From assembly GCA_963843325.1 (NCBI GenBank), contig CAWJKC010000007.1:14401-78400 (forward strand): 64,000 nucleotides of DNA. Direction: 5' to 3'. This document shows, piece after piece, positions 31,843-49,811 of this stretch. How positions within the stretch are numbered: position 1 is the stretch's first letter; every line of letters begins with the position of its first letter. The position numbers were made by a program, and so were the translations under genes. The DNA is from an uncultured Acidobacteriota bacterium (GTDB lineage Bacteria > Acidobacteriota > Thermoanaerobaculia > UBA5066 > Gp7-AA6). Under the pieces are notes generated by a model. It was not told where the DNA came from, did not search any database, and worked only from the letters and a program-made list of their open reading frames with translations.

Positions 31843-31871
31843 TTGACACGAACTCCCGAGCCACTAATGAT
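31843..31871 (+). promoter_or_regulatory. Sigma-70-type promoter with a near-leaderless arrangement for aroF
   Basis: TTGACA is at 31843-31848. A 16-17 nt spacer precedes TAATGAT at 31865-31871. ATG 31881 follows 9-10 nt later, with no Shine-Dalgarno sequence. Confidence 0.5.
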
Positions 31872-31880
31872 AGCACCCGC

Positions 31881-32895
31881 ATGCTCATCGTGATGGACGC
31901 GGCCGCGACCGCGGAAGAGGTCCGCCGCGTCGTCGGGGTGATCGAGACGCTCGGGCTGCAGGCCCACCCCATCCCGGGGGCCCAGCGCACGGCGATCGGC
32001 ATCACCGGCAACAAGGGAACGGTCGACCGCGGGGCCTTCGAGAACCTGCCCGGCGTCAGCGAGGTCATCCCGGTCTCGGCGCCCTACAAGCTCGTCTCGC
32101 GGGAAGCCAAGCGCGAGAACACCGTCGTCTCGATCGGCGGCGTGCCCGTCGGCGGGCCGCGCCTCGCCATCGTGGCCGGGCCCGTGCGCGATCGAGTCCG
32201 AGGCGCAGGCGCTCGAGATCGCCCGGCGCGTCAAGGAAGGCGGCGCCACGCTCTACCGCGGCGGCGCGTACAAGCCGCGGACCTCGCCGTACTCCTTCCA
32301 GGGCCTCGGGGTCGAGGGGCTGAAGATCCTCGCGCGCGTGCGCGCCGAGACGGGGCTGCCGACGATCACCGAGGTGCTCGACACCGAGACCGTGGACCTC
32401 GTGGCCGAGCACGCCGACTGCCTGCAGGTCGGCGCGCGCAACATGCAGAACTTCTCGCTGCTGAAGCGGCTCGGCCGCCTGCGCAAGCCCGTGCTCCTGA
32501 AGCGCGGCCTCTCGGCGACGCTCGAGGAGCTGCTGCTCTCGGCCGAGTACCTGCTCGCCGAGGGCAACTACGAGGTCATCCTCTGCGAGCGCGGCGTGCG
32601 CACGTTCGCCGACCACACGCGCAACACGCTCGACCTTTCGTCGGTCCCGTACGTGCAGCGGATCTCGCACCTGCCGATCCTCGTGGACCCGTCGCACGGC
32701 ACGGGCAAGCGCGCGAAGGTCCTGCCGCTCTCGCGCGCGGCGGTCGCGGTCGGCGCGGACGGCCTGCTCATCGAGGTGCACCACCAGCCGGAGCTCGCGC
32801 TCTCCGACGGGCCGCAGGCGATCCTGCCCGAGATGTTCGCGGAGCTCGTGGACGCGGTGCGGCTGCTCGCGCCCGTCGTCGGACGGACGGTGTGA
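31881..32895 (+). CDS. aroF: 3-deoxy-7-phosphoheptulonate (DAHP) synthase, type I-beta with an N-terminal regulatory domain, one frame break
   Basis: The N-terminal ~70 aa form a small regulatory-type domain. The junction AGP/CAIESE is near 32185. The sequence continues [41 protein letters not shown]. Confidence 0.9.
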
Positions 32896-33984
32896 AGGGG
32901 ATCCTCGTTCTCGAGGACGGCACCGTCTTCCAGGCCGACGCCATCGGCCGGCCCGGCACGTCCTTCGGCGAGATCGTCTTCAACACCGCGATGAGCGGAT
33001 ACCAGGAAGTGCTGACCGATCCGTCCTACTCCGGGCAGATCGTCGTCATGACGGCGGCGCACGTCGGCAACTACGGCATCCGCGCCGAGGAGGCCGAGTC
33101 CGACCGGGTCCACGTCGCGGGCTTCATCGCGCGCGATTTCCCGGCGCGGTGGAGCGGCACGGGCGGGGAGCAGAGCCTCGCGGACTACCTCTCCGCCAAC
33201 GGCGTGACGGGCCTGCACGGCCTCGACACCCGCTCCCTCGTGCGGCACATCCGCAGCAAGGGCGCCATGCGGGCGGGCGTGTCGACGGAGATCGCGGACC
33301 CCGCCGAGCTGCACCGCCAGGTGCTCGCCTCGCCGGAGATGGTCGGGGCCGACCTCGCGCTCGACGGTCTCGCTGAAGAAGGCGCGCCTCGAGCCCGGAG
33401 GCCGGGGCCGCAAGAAGTTCCGCGTCGCGGCCGTCGACTACGGCATGAAGCGCAACATCGTGCGGCTGCTCCAGGCGGGCTCCTGCCGCGTGACGGTCTT
33501 CCCGGCGACGGCGTCGGACGAGGAGATCCTCGAGAGCAAGCCGGACGGCATCTTCCTCTCCAACGGCCCGGGCGACCCGGCCGCGCTGCCGGGGCCCGTC
33601 CGCACGATCCAGAAGCTCGCGGCGACGGGCAAGCCGATCTTCGGCATCTGCCTCGGCCACCAGCTGCTCGGCCTCGCCTTCGGCGCGAACACGTTCAAGC
33701 TGAAGTTCGGGCACCGGGGCGCCAATCACCCGGTGCAGGACCTGCAGGGCGGGCACGTCGTCATCACGTCGCAGAACCACGGCTTCGCGGTCGACGGCTC
33801 CGCGCTGCCGGCCGAGATCGAGGCGACCCACAAGAACCTGAACGACGGGACGCTCGAGGGCTTCCGCCACCGCACGCTGCCGATCCTGGCCGCGCAGTTC
33901 CATCCCGAGGCGGCGCCGGGGCCGCACGACGCCAACGTCCTCTTCAACGGCTTCCTCGAGGCGATGGCCCGGTCGAAGCCGTGA
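32892..33984 (+). CDS. carA: Carbamoyl-phosphate synthase small (glutaminase) subunit, one frame break
   Basis: GTG 32892 overlaps the aroF stop. Matches include [28 protein letters not shown]. The GATase part is ORF 33445-33984 ([19 protein letters not shown]). The shift is near 33365. Confidence 0.95.
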
Positions 33985-35228
33985 AGTCGCTTCCCCTGCA
34001 GGTCGCCGTGCGCTACCTGCGGTCGCGGCCCTCGCGGCTGATCTCCTCGGTGTCGCTGCTCTCGATCGCCGGCATCGCGCTCGGCGTGGCGGCGCTCGTC
34101 GTGGCGATGGGGCTGCTCTCGGGATACCGCACGGAGATCCGCGAAAAGCTGATCGGCGCCAACGCCCAGGTCGTCGTCTTTCCGATGACGGCGGGCGGCG
34201 AGGCGGATCCCGCCGTCCTCGCGGCCCGCCTCGCGAAGGTGCCGCACGTGCGCGCGACGGCGCCCGTGATCTACCAGAGCGGCGTCGCCGCGTCGGCCGC
34301 GACGCCCGACGGGACCGACGCCGTCCTGAAGGGAATCGACCCCCCGTCCGAGCGCACGGGTTTCCGAGCTCGATGCGTACATCCCGAACGCCGAGCGCGT
34401 GATCACGCCGCGCCGGGCCGGGCGGGCCGCCGTCGGTGGCGATCGGGCACGAGCTCGCGCGCAAGCTCGACGCGCGCGAGGGCGACGTCATCCTGCTCTC
34501 CGTGGCCGACGGCTCGGGCGAGGCCGCGCGCCTGGCGCCGCGGTCCGGCCGCTTCCGGGTCGGCCGCATCTTCCGCACGAACTTCGCGGAGTACGACTCC
34601 GAGTGGATCTTCATGGACCGCGAGGCGCTGCGGCGGCTCGCGCGGCTGCCGGGCCAGGCCAACGTCGTCGAGGTGAGCCTGGACGACATCCGCGCCACGG
34701 AGAAGGCCGCGGCCGCGATCGGCGCCGCCGCGGGCAACGGCTACTCGGTGTCGGACTGGCGCTCGATGAACGGCGGCCTCTTCTCGGCCCTCGCGATCCA
34801 GCAGACGACGCTCTTTCTCGTCATCGGCCTGATCGTCGCGGTCTCGACGTTCAACATCGTCGCGACGCTCGTCATGACCGTGCAGGAGAAGAAGCGCGAC
34901 ATCGGCGTGCTGACGGCGCTCGGCGCCGAGGCGGGGTTCTTCTCGCGCGTCTTCCTCTCGCTCGGCGCCTTCCTCGGCGGCACCGGGGTCGTCGTCGGCG
35001 TCCTCTTCGGGATCCTCGATCTGCTGGGTCACGACCCGCTTCCGGCTGCTGTCGTTTCCGCCGGGCGTCGCGGAGATCTACTTCGTCTCGTACATCCCGT
35101 TTCTCGTGCGCCTGAGGGACATCGCGACGATCGTCGGCTTCGCCGCGATCGTGATCCTGCTCGCCTCGTGGTGGCCGGCGCGCCGCGCCTCGCGCATCGA
35201 CATCGCCGACGCGCTCCGTTACGAGTAG
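33981..35228 (+). CDS. LolC/LolE-family ABC transporter permease (FtsX-like), about 3 frame breaks
   Basis: GTG 33981 overlaps the carA stop. The N-terminus is LQVAVRYLRSRPSRLISSVSLLSIAGIALGVAAL. The FtsX domain is FNIVATLVMTVQEKKRDIGVLTALGA. The tail is EIYFVSYIPF..PARRASRIDIADALRYE. The stop is TAG 35226-35228. Confidence 0.8.
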
Positions 35229-35231
35229 CGG

Positions 35232-37635
<2,404 letters not shown>

Positions 37636-37647
37636 GGTTCGCCTTCG

Positions 37648-42425
<4,778 letters not shown>

Positions 42426-42449
42426 CGTTGAGGGGCTCGTACGGCGGTC

Positions 42450-42478
42450 ATTCTATCGGTTCGGGTCCCGCTTATACT
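42450..42478 (+). promoter_or_regulatory. Candidate promoter for carB (near-leaderless)
   Basis: TATACT is at 42473-42478, 9 nt upstream of GTG 42488. The -35 is weak and there is no Shine-Dalgarno sequence. Confidence 0.3.
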
Positions 42479-42487
42479 CCCGCCCCG

Positions 42488-45400
42488 GTGCCGAAGCGCG
42501 ACGACATCAAAAGCATTCTCGTCATCGGGTCGGGGCCGATCGTCATCGGCCAGGCGTGCGAGTTCGATTACTCGGGAACCCAGGCCGTCCGCGCGCTGCG
42601 GAGCGAGGGCTACCGGGTCATCCTCGTCAACTCGAACCCCGCGACGATCATGACGGATCCGGAGCTGGCCGACGCGACGTACGTCGAGCCGCTGACGCCC
42701 GACTTCCTCGAGCGGATCATCGAGCGCGAGCGGCCGGACGCGATCCTGCCGACGGTGGGCGGGCAGACCGCCATCAACCTCGCGCTCGCGCTGGCCGAGC
42801 GGGGCGTGCTCGAGAAGCGCAACGTGCGCCTGATCGGCGCCAACGAGCACTCCATGCGGCTGGCCGAGGACCGCGACCTCTTCAAGACGGCGATGCTCGA
42901 GATCGGCGCGGAGGTGCCGCAGTCGGCCCGGGCGCGCACGCTCGCGGAGGCCGAGGCGATCGCGAAGGAAATCGGCCTGCCGCTCGTCGTGCGCCCGTCG
43001 TTCACGATGGGCGGCTCGGGCGGCGGCGTCGCGCGCACCCTGGCCGACTTCCGCAAGATCGTGAAGAACGGGCTGTCCGAGTCCCCGACGCACGAGGTCC
43101 TCATCGAGGAGTCGGTCGAGGGCTGGAAGGAGTTCGAGCTCGAGGTCATGCGCGACACGGCCGACAACGTGATCATCGTGTGCTCGATCGAGAACTTCGA
43201 CGCCATGGGCGTCCACACGGGCGACTCGATCACGGTCGCGCCGCAGATGACGCTCTCGGACCGGCGAGTACCAGGCCATGCGCGACGAGGCCAAGGCGGT
43301 CATCCGCAAGGTCGGCGTCGACACCGGCGGATCGAACATCCAGTTCGCGGTGGACCCGAAGACGGGGCGGCGCGTCGTCATCGAGATGAACCCGCGCGTG
43401 TCGCGCTCGTCGGCGCTCGCCTCCAAGGCGACGGGGTTTCCGATCGCCAAGATCGCGGCGCTGCTCGCCGTGGGCTATCACCTCGACGAGATCCCGAACG
43501 ACATCACGAAGAAGACGCCGGCCTCTTTCGAGCCGTCGCTCGACTACGTGGTCGTGAAGATCCCGCGCTGGACCTTCGAGAAGTTCCCCCGCGCGGACAA
43601 CCGGCTGACGATCCAGATGAAGTCGGTCGGCGAGGCGATGGCGATCGGCCGCACCTTCACCGAGGCCCTCGGCAAGGCCGTGCGCTCGCTCGAGATCGGC
43701 CGGACGGGTTGAACGACGGCCACGGCCCCCTGCCGCAGGAGGAGCTGCTCGCGCGGCTCCGAGAGCCGACGGCCGAGCGGCTCTTCCACCTGCACCGCGC
43801 GTTCACGGCCGGGATGACCGTCGAAGAGGTCGCGGCGCACACGCGGATCGACCCCTGGTTCCTGGACGGCGTGCGTCGGATGGTGGAAGCCGAGGCCTCG
43901 TTCGCGGGCCGCGAGCTGGCCGCCGCCACTCGTGACGCGCTGCGCGACGCCAAGCGCCTGGGACTCTCGGACCGCACGCTCGCCCGGCGCGATGGGCGTC
44001 GACGAGGCCGCGGTCCGGGCGCGCCGGCGCGGAGCTCGGCATCCTGCCCGTCTACAAGACGCATCGACACCTGCGCCGCCGAGTTCGAGGCCGAGACGCC
44101 CTACTTCTACTCGACCTACGAGGACGAGAACGAGTCGTTCCGGACGGAGAAGCCCAAGGTCGTCATCCTCGGCGGCGGCCCGAACCGGATCGGGCAGGGG
44201 ATCGAGTTCGACTACTGCTGCGTCCACGCCTGCTACGCGCTGACGGAGGCGGGCTTCGAGACCATCATGGTCAACTGCAACCCCGAGACGGTCTCGACGG
44301 ACTACGACACTTCGGACCGGCTCTACTTCGAGCCGCTGACCTTCGAGGACGTTTCGGCGGTCCTCGACAACGAGCGGCCCGACGGGGTGCTCGTGCAGTT
44401 CGGCGGCCAGACGCCGTTGAAGCTCGCGCGCGCGCTCGAGGCGGCCGGCTATCCGATCTGGGGCACGTCGCCCGAATCGCATCGACGTGGCCGAGGACCG
44501 GGGCCGGTTCGGCAAGCTGCTCGGCGAGCTCGGCCTCGCGGCTCCCGCGCACGCGGAGGCGCGCAACCTCGCGGAGGCCGTGGAGGCGGGACGGCGCATC
44601 GGGTACCCGCTCGTCGTGCGGCCGTCCTACGTCCTCGGCGGCCGCGCCATGGCGGTCGTGTTCGACGAGACGCGCCTGGCCAGCTACGTGGAAGCCGCCG
44701 TCGCGAGCTCGGGCGAGCACCCGGTCCTGCTCGACCGCTTTCTCGACGACGCCGTCGAGCTGGACGTGGACGCCCTCTGCGACGGCCGCGACACCTGGAT
44801 CGGCGGCATCCAGCAGCACATCGAAGAGGCCGGGATCCACTCGGGCGATTCCTTCTCGGTCCTGCCGCCGTGGAAGATCCCGGCGCCGCTGATCGAGGAG
44901 ATCCGCGACGCGACGCGCCGGCTCGCGATCGGCCTCTCCGTGCGGGGGCTCGTGAACATCCAGTTCGCCATCCAGCACGGCAAGCTCTACGTCCTCGAGG
45001 TCAACCCGCGCGCCTCGCGCACGGTGCCCTTCGTGTCGAAGGCGATCGGCGTCCCGATGGCGCGCGCGGCGGCGCTGCTCGCGGCCGGCAAGCCGCTCGC
45101 CGGGCTGGGCCTGCCGCCCGAGCGCGATCCGGTCGACTTCTTCATCAAGGCCCCCGTCTTCCCGTTCCGCAAGTTCCCGGGCGAGGACGTGCTGCTCGGC
45201 CCCGAGATGAAGTCGACGGGCGAGGTGATGGGGATCTCACCGCGGTTCGGCGATGCCTTCGCCAAGGCGTGCGAGGCTTCGGGCACGCGGCTGCCGCTTT
45301 CGGGCCGGGCGTTTCTGACGGTCAATCCGTATGACAAGGCAGCGCTCATTCCGATCGGACGGGAGCTCGCCGACCTCGGCTTCGCGCTGTGCGCGACGGC

Positions 45401-45698
45401 GGGGACGAGCGAGGCGCTGCGGGAGGCCGGCGTCGAGACCGAGCACGTCTTCAAGGTGAACGAGGGCAGCCCCAACGCGGTGGACCGCATGGAGGCCGGA
45501 GAGATTCAGATGGTCGTGAACACGCCGCTCGGCAGCGCGTCGCGGTTCGACGAGGCGGCGATCCGCGCGGCCGCGCTGCGCCTCTCGATTCCGTGCCTCA
45601 CGACGCTGTCGGCGGCGACGGCCGCCGTCGAGGGCATCCGCTCGCGGCAGGAAGAGGCGACCGGCGTGGCGCCGCTCCAGGAGTACCACCGCGGATGA
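42488..45698 (+). CDS. carB: Carbamoyl-phosphate synthase large subunit, about 6 frame breaks
   Basis: The gene starts [30 protein letters not shown]. Both ATP-grasp halves, the oligomerisation domain and the MGS-like domain are present. The pieces lie in ORFs 42428-, 43278-43712, 43932- and 44487-45698. The break at 43709 is a 1-nt loss. The others are +1 shifts. Confidence 0.95.
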
Positions 45699-45717
45699 CG
45701 CGCGTGCGGTCGGCGGC

Positions 45718-47631
45718 GTGAACGACCTTCCGGCGCGGCGTCCGGGCGGCGTCGCGCGGCTGCTGCTCCTGCTCGCGTCGGTCGGCGGATTCCTCGGCGT
45801 CTTCGCGATCGGCTTCCCGCCGGCCTCGCGCGCCCGGCTTCCGATCCTGTGTCTGGCAATCGGCCTCGCGCTGCTGACGGCCTACATGCGGGACCGCGGG
45901 GTCGTCGCCTTCGGGTTCCTCTTCCCGCTCGCGGGCCTCGGCGATCGCCTCGCCGGCGGCGCGGACGCCATCGCATGGCCCGTGCTCCTGTTCTCCGGGC
46001 TCGCGGCCGGCTGGACCTTCCGGTTTCTCTACGACTTCGAGAGCGCGCCGGATCCCTCGCGCGCCGATCGGACGCTGCGCGCGTTGCTCGTCGTCTGGTC
46101 GCTCGCCACGGCGCTCGCCATCGTCCAGGCGCGCACGGTGTGGGCCCTCGTGCGCGGGCTCGGCCTGCGGGCCGTCAACGTGGAGGGACTGTCCGACAGC
46201 TCCGCGATCCGGACGAGCGTGCTCTCGTACGCCGCGCTGGCGGCGGGCGCCGCGTTCTTCTTCCTGCTGCGCCGGGCGGGTCCCGCGCTGCGGGAGCGGA
46301 CCCTGCTCGCGTCGCTGACCGGCGTCGCCGTTTCCGCGGGGGTGGCCGTGATCGAGCGCCTCGGCATCGGCCCCGGAGAGACGAACGGATACTGGAAGAC
46401 CGTCGGCCGGCTGTCCGGCGGGGCGATGGACCCCAATGCGCTCGGAATCCTCTGCGGCCTCGGCGCCGTCGTCGCGGCGGACCGCGCGGTGCTCGGGAGG
46501 GGGCGCGGGCGCCTCCACGCCGCTGTCGCCCTCGCTTTCATGGCGGCCGGTCTCGCCCTGTCGGGCTCGCGCAGCGGTGTGGCGATCGCCGGACTCGGCA
46601 TCGTCGCGCTGCTCGCCGCTCGCGGCACGCGGGCGCGCGGCCGCGCCGCGGTGCTCCTGTTCGGGGCCGTCCTGCTCGTCGGTGTCGCGTTCCTGCGCAT
46701 CTCCAATGGTCCGGGCAGCGCCGGTGAGCGCCTGGGCCAGGTTTTCGACGGCCGCCTGTCCCTCGAGTACCGCGCGTCCGCGCGGCCGGTCCTCTGGGCG
46801 AGCGCCGTGCGACTCTTCGCGCAGCATCCGGTCGAAGGCGCGGGCCTCGGCGCGTTTTCGTGGCAGCTGCCCAACCTGCTCGCCGAGCAGGGCCGTCCGG
46901 GAGGAATTCACGACAACCCCGGCAACGCCTACCTGCAGGCGCTCGCGGAGACGGGAGCCGTCGGCCTCATCCTGACGGCGGCCCTGGCGTTCGTGCTGGC
47001 GCGCGAGTCGTGGGCGGCGCTGCGCGACGCGGGCGCGCCGTCCGCGGCGGCCGGCAGCGGCGCCGCGGTGCTGGGTTTCCTCGTCGCGTTGCTGGCGGGT
47101 TCGCACTGGTTCGCCCCCGACGCCGCGTTTCTCTTCTTCCTGCTCGCGGCCGTCGCGGCGCGCGGGCAGCCCGCCGAGCGTCCGCGCTGGAGCCGCGCCG
47201 GGGCGCTGCTCGTGGCGGTCTACGCCGCCGCGGCGTTCGTCTCGGCCCTCGGCACGCGCGGAGCCGACGCGGCGTTTCGCTATCGCCCGGAGATCGGGTT
47301 TCACGAGCGCGAGTCCGGACCGGGCGGCACGTTTCGCTGGACCGAGCGGCGCTTCGCGCTGCGCGTCGAGCCGGAGCGGACGCAGCGGATCCTGCTCTCG
47401 CACTACACGCCCGAGGGGCGAAGCGTGGAGCTCACGGTGGAGGCGGACGACCGGAGGGTCGCCTCCCGCGCGCTCGAGCCCGGCCAGTCCCTGCCGCTGC
47501 GGCTCTCCGCGGACGCCGGGGGCCCGCGGGACTTCCGGTTCACGTTGTCGCGCGCGTTCGTGCCGCGGCGCCTCGGGGTTTCGGGCGATCGCCGCGAGCT
47601 CGGGGTGATCGCGGTGTTTCCGGGGAGCTGA
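45718..47631 (+). CDS. O-antigen ligase-like (Wzy_C) polytopic membrane protein with a C-terminal soluble domain
   Basis: Intact 637-aa ORF with a GTG start. About 10 or more TM helices are predicted. LALSGSRSGVAIAGLGIVALL and the loop GAGLGAFS..HDNPGNAYLQALAETG are typical of Wzy_C/O-antigen ligase proteins. Confidence 0.75.
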   Translation: MNDLPARRPGGVARLLLLLASVGGFLGVFAIGFPPASRARLPILCLAIGLALLTAYMRDRGVVAFGFLFPLAGLGDRLAGGADAIAWPVLLFSGLAAGWTFRFLYDFESAPDPSRADRTLRALLVVWSLATALAIVQARTVWALVRGLGLRAVNVEGLSDSSAIRTSVLSYAALAAGAAFFFLLRRAGPALRERTLLASLTGVAVSAGVAVIERLGIGPGETNGYWKTVGRLSGGAMDPNALGILCGLGAVVAADRAVLGRGRGRLHAAVALAFMAAGLALSGSRSGVAIAGLGIVALLAARGTRARGRAAVLLFGAVLLVGVAFLRISNGPGSAGERLGQVFDGRLSLEYRASARPVLWASAVRLFAQHPVEGAGLGAFSWQLPNLLAEQGRPGGIHDNPGNAYLQALAETGAVGLILTAALAFVLARESWAALRDAGAPSAAAGSGAAVLGFLVALLAGSHWFAPDAAFLFFLLAAVAARGQPAERPRWSRAGALLVAVYAAAAFVSALGTRGADAAFRYRPEIGFHERESGPGGTFRWTERRFALRVEPERTQRILLSHYTPEGRSVELTVEADDRRVASRALEPGQSLPLRLSADAGGPRDFRFTLSRAFVPRRLGVSGDRRELGVIAVFPGS

Positions 47632-47632
47632 C

Positions 47633-48624
47633 GTGGAATTCCAGTTTCATCCCGCCTCCCGGCAGTCTGCCGTGCGCACGGTCGTCCTCGGTCCGCGCGG
47701 CGAGCGGGTGGCGATCGCGGCGGCCGGGCTCGCCGCGCTGCTCGCGGTGTCGGCGTGGATCACGGTGCCCGCGGTGGCCTCGCGGGTGGTGCGGTCCGAG
47801 CACGCGGCCTCGATCGCCGAGGCCTCGGCCTCGGTCAAGAAGGACTATCGCGACGTCGCGGCACGCGCCGCCGGCATGCGGGAGCGGGCGCTCGACGGCG
47901 GCGACTTCGTCAGCCGCGCGGCGTTTCTCTACGGCGTCGCGCCGTCGGCCTGGCCGCGCGGCCTGAATCCCGAGTCGGGGCTGCTCGCGACTGCCGACCC
48001 GGAGCGGCTGGTCCCGGCGCTCGGGCGCTATGCGACGGGCCTCGAGCGCGGCCTCGACGCTCGTCGCCGGGCGGGAGGCGGCGGATCCGACCCTCGCGGC
48101 CGCGACACCCTCGATCCTGCCGCTCGCCTCGGACCTCGTGGAGCCGACGGTGCGCTTCGGCCCCCGCGTCTCACCCTGGACGGGGACGGAGGAATTCTTC
48201 GCCGGAATGGACCTTGCCGCCCCGGCCGGCGCCCCCGTCATCGCGCCCGCGGCCGGCACGGTGGCCTTCGCGGGTCGGGTCCCGGCGTCCGTGAACTCGC
48301 GCCTGTGGAGGTTCGGCAACCTCGTGGTGGTCTCGCACGGCTCCTCGGGCGCGACGGTGTTCGGGCACCTGGGCAAGGTCGGAGGTGCGCCGGGGGGAGC
48401 GGGTGCGGCGCGGCCAGCGCCTCGGTACCGTCGGGACGAGCGGCTGGGCGATGTCGCCGGGCCTGCATTACGAGCTCTGGAGGCCCGGTCCGGACGGGCT
48501 CGTGCCGACCGATCCGCGGTTCGCGATGCTCGACCTGCGCCTGCCCGGCCACGACGTCTCGCTCGAAAAGATGCGGGCGACCTCGGCGCCCGGGCCCATG
48601 GAGCCCCTGCCCGGCCTCCCGTAA
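47633..48624 (+). CDS. M23 family metallopeptidase, two frame breaks
   Basis: An N-terminal TM anchor is present. The LytM core is FFAGMDLAAPAGAPVIAPAAGTV..VVVSHG..VFGHL followed by GQRLGTVGTSGWAMSPGLHYELW. The pieces lie in ORFs 47633-, 48030- and 48385-48624. Confidence 0.85.
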
Positions 48625-48885
48625 TTGGATGCAGCAACCTGCATCGATTCGGCCCGAAGGCGGTATCCTGAGGAGGACGTGATCGAGACCTTCGACGTCG
48701 CCGAGCTGGCCTATGCGCGCTGGAAGCGCGCCGTGGATCTGCTCATGCGCGAGGTCGTCTGGCGCCGCGAGCTCCAGGCCCGCGAGGAAGAGCGCGCGCG
48801 CGCCGAGAAACGGCTGCGCAACCTGCGCCGCATCGTCCGGCGCGCGCTGGCCGAGTACAGCCGGATCCAGATCGCCCGGCAGTAG
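48625..48885 (+). CDS. Hypothetical small coiled-coil protein
   Basis: 86-aa ORF with high third-position G/C. The start is ambiguous (TTG 48625 or GTG about 48679). No domain is recognised. Confidence 0.35.
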   Translation: MDAATCIDSARRRYPEEDVIETFDVAELAYARWKRAVDLLMREVVWRRELQAREEERARAEKRLRNLRRIVRRALAEYSRIQIARQ

Positions 48886-48893
48886 CCGGGTTT

Positions 48894-49358
48894 CTAGCGG
48901 CGCGCCGGCGCCAGGCGGGCGTCCAGCGCGAATCGTTCCGGGCGTCCGGCGCGGATCTTCCCGAAATCCGGATGCGCGGGATTGAGCAGGAAGTTGCTCT
49001 CGCCGGGAACGATCGCCGAGGGAACCGAGAGGACCGCCGAGCCGAGATCCTTCGCCCACGCGTCTCCCAGCTGCGCGAGCGACTCCGGAGCGGGGGAGAG
49101 CCTCCACGCCCGGGGCAGGCTGGCGGCGTCGATGCGGCGCGCGGCCAGGCCCTCGGGGATCTCGATCGGGATCGCGACCAGGTCGTCGGGCAGCAGCGCC
49201 GGATCGCAGTGCACGAGCAGCTCGAGGGCGGCGAGCGAGAGCGTCTCCGACGCGTAGACGACGGTCGTGCCGCGGCTGTTCCAGCGGCCGCCGGCCAGGC
49301 GCGCGCCCTCGCCGTCGAGCGCCGCGTGCCTGCGCTTGCAGAGTCGCCAGACGGTCAC
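48894..49358 (-). CDS. RES-domain toxin (NAD+-targeting toxin family)
   Basis: Intact 154-aa ORF. GGRWNSRGTTVVYASETLSLAALE..SAVLSVPSAIVPGESNFLLNP carries the conserved R, E and S positions of RES domains. It lies directly downstream of a DUF2384-type antitoxin gene. Confidence 0.9.
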   Translation of the reverse strand: MTVWRLCKRRHAALDGEGARLAGGRWNSRGTTVVYASETLSLAALELLVHCDPALLPDDLVAIPIEIPEGLAARRIDAASLPRAWRLSPAPESLAQLGDAWAKDLGSAVLSVPSAIVPGESNFLLNPAHPDFGKIRAGRPERFALDARLAPARR

Positions 49359-49367
49359 GACGCGTTC

Positions 49368-49811
49368 CTACCCGACGATGCCGTGGGAGAGGCGCAGCAG
49401 GACGGACTCGACCTCCTCCGCGCCGAGGTCGGTGTCGAGCCGGGACAGCGGCGTTGCGCCGCCGAGGGAGCGGTTGTCCGTGTGCAGCCAGGAAGACGCC
49501 TTCGCGCGCGTGCCGAGGACGTCCTGCGCCAGCGCGGCGAGGCGGCCGAGGCGGAAGAGCCGGTCCGACTCCTCCGGCGAGAGACGCCGCTCCTTCTTGC
49601 GGCGGGCGAGCGTGCGCGGCGGGATGCCCAGAATGGCCGCGACGGTCGGGCCCTCGATCGCAAATCCGGAGGCGACCGCCGAAAGCGACGCGTAGGGCAG
49701 CCCCGCCCGCAAGGCGTCGCGCAGCTCTCCCGCGGACCTCGCCGGAACGAGGCCCGGGCCTCCCAGGGCCTGGATGACGTCGCCGATGGCTCCCATGGGC
49801 CCTCCTGCCAT
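49368..49811 (-). CDS. Xre-like antitoxin with a toxin-binding DUF2384 (MbcA/ParS-type) domain
   Basis: The HTH-like part is AAILGIPPRTLARRKKE. It is followed by SPEESDRLFRLGRLAALAQDVLG..WLHTDNRSLGGATPLSRLDTDLGAEEVESVLLRLSHG. The start is ATG 49811 or, after an AGGAGGG Shine-Dalgarno sequence, ATG 49796. Confidence 0.85.
   Translation of the reverse strand: MAGGPMGAIGDVIQALGGPGLVPARSAGELRDALRAGLPYASLSAVASGFAIEGPTVAAILGIPPRTLARRKKERRLSPEESDRLFRLGRLAALAQDVLGTRAKASSWLHTDNRSLGGATPLSRLDTDLGAEEVESVLLRLSHGIVG

Noticed and set aside
43710-43712. In-frame TGA inside carB as possible selenocysteine or programmed read-through.
   Set aside because: The conserved sequence resumes in the -1 phase directly across the site (LEIGRTG|LNDGHG). 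This is consistent with loss of one base in a short T or G run. No SECIS-like context is evident, and carB is not a selenoprotein.
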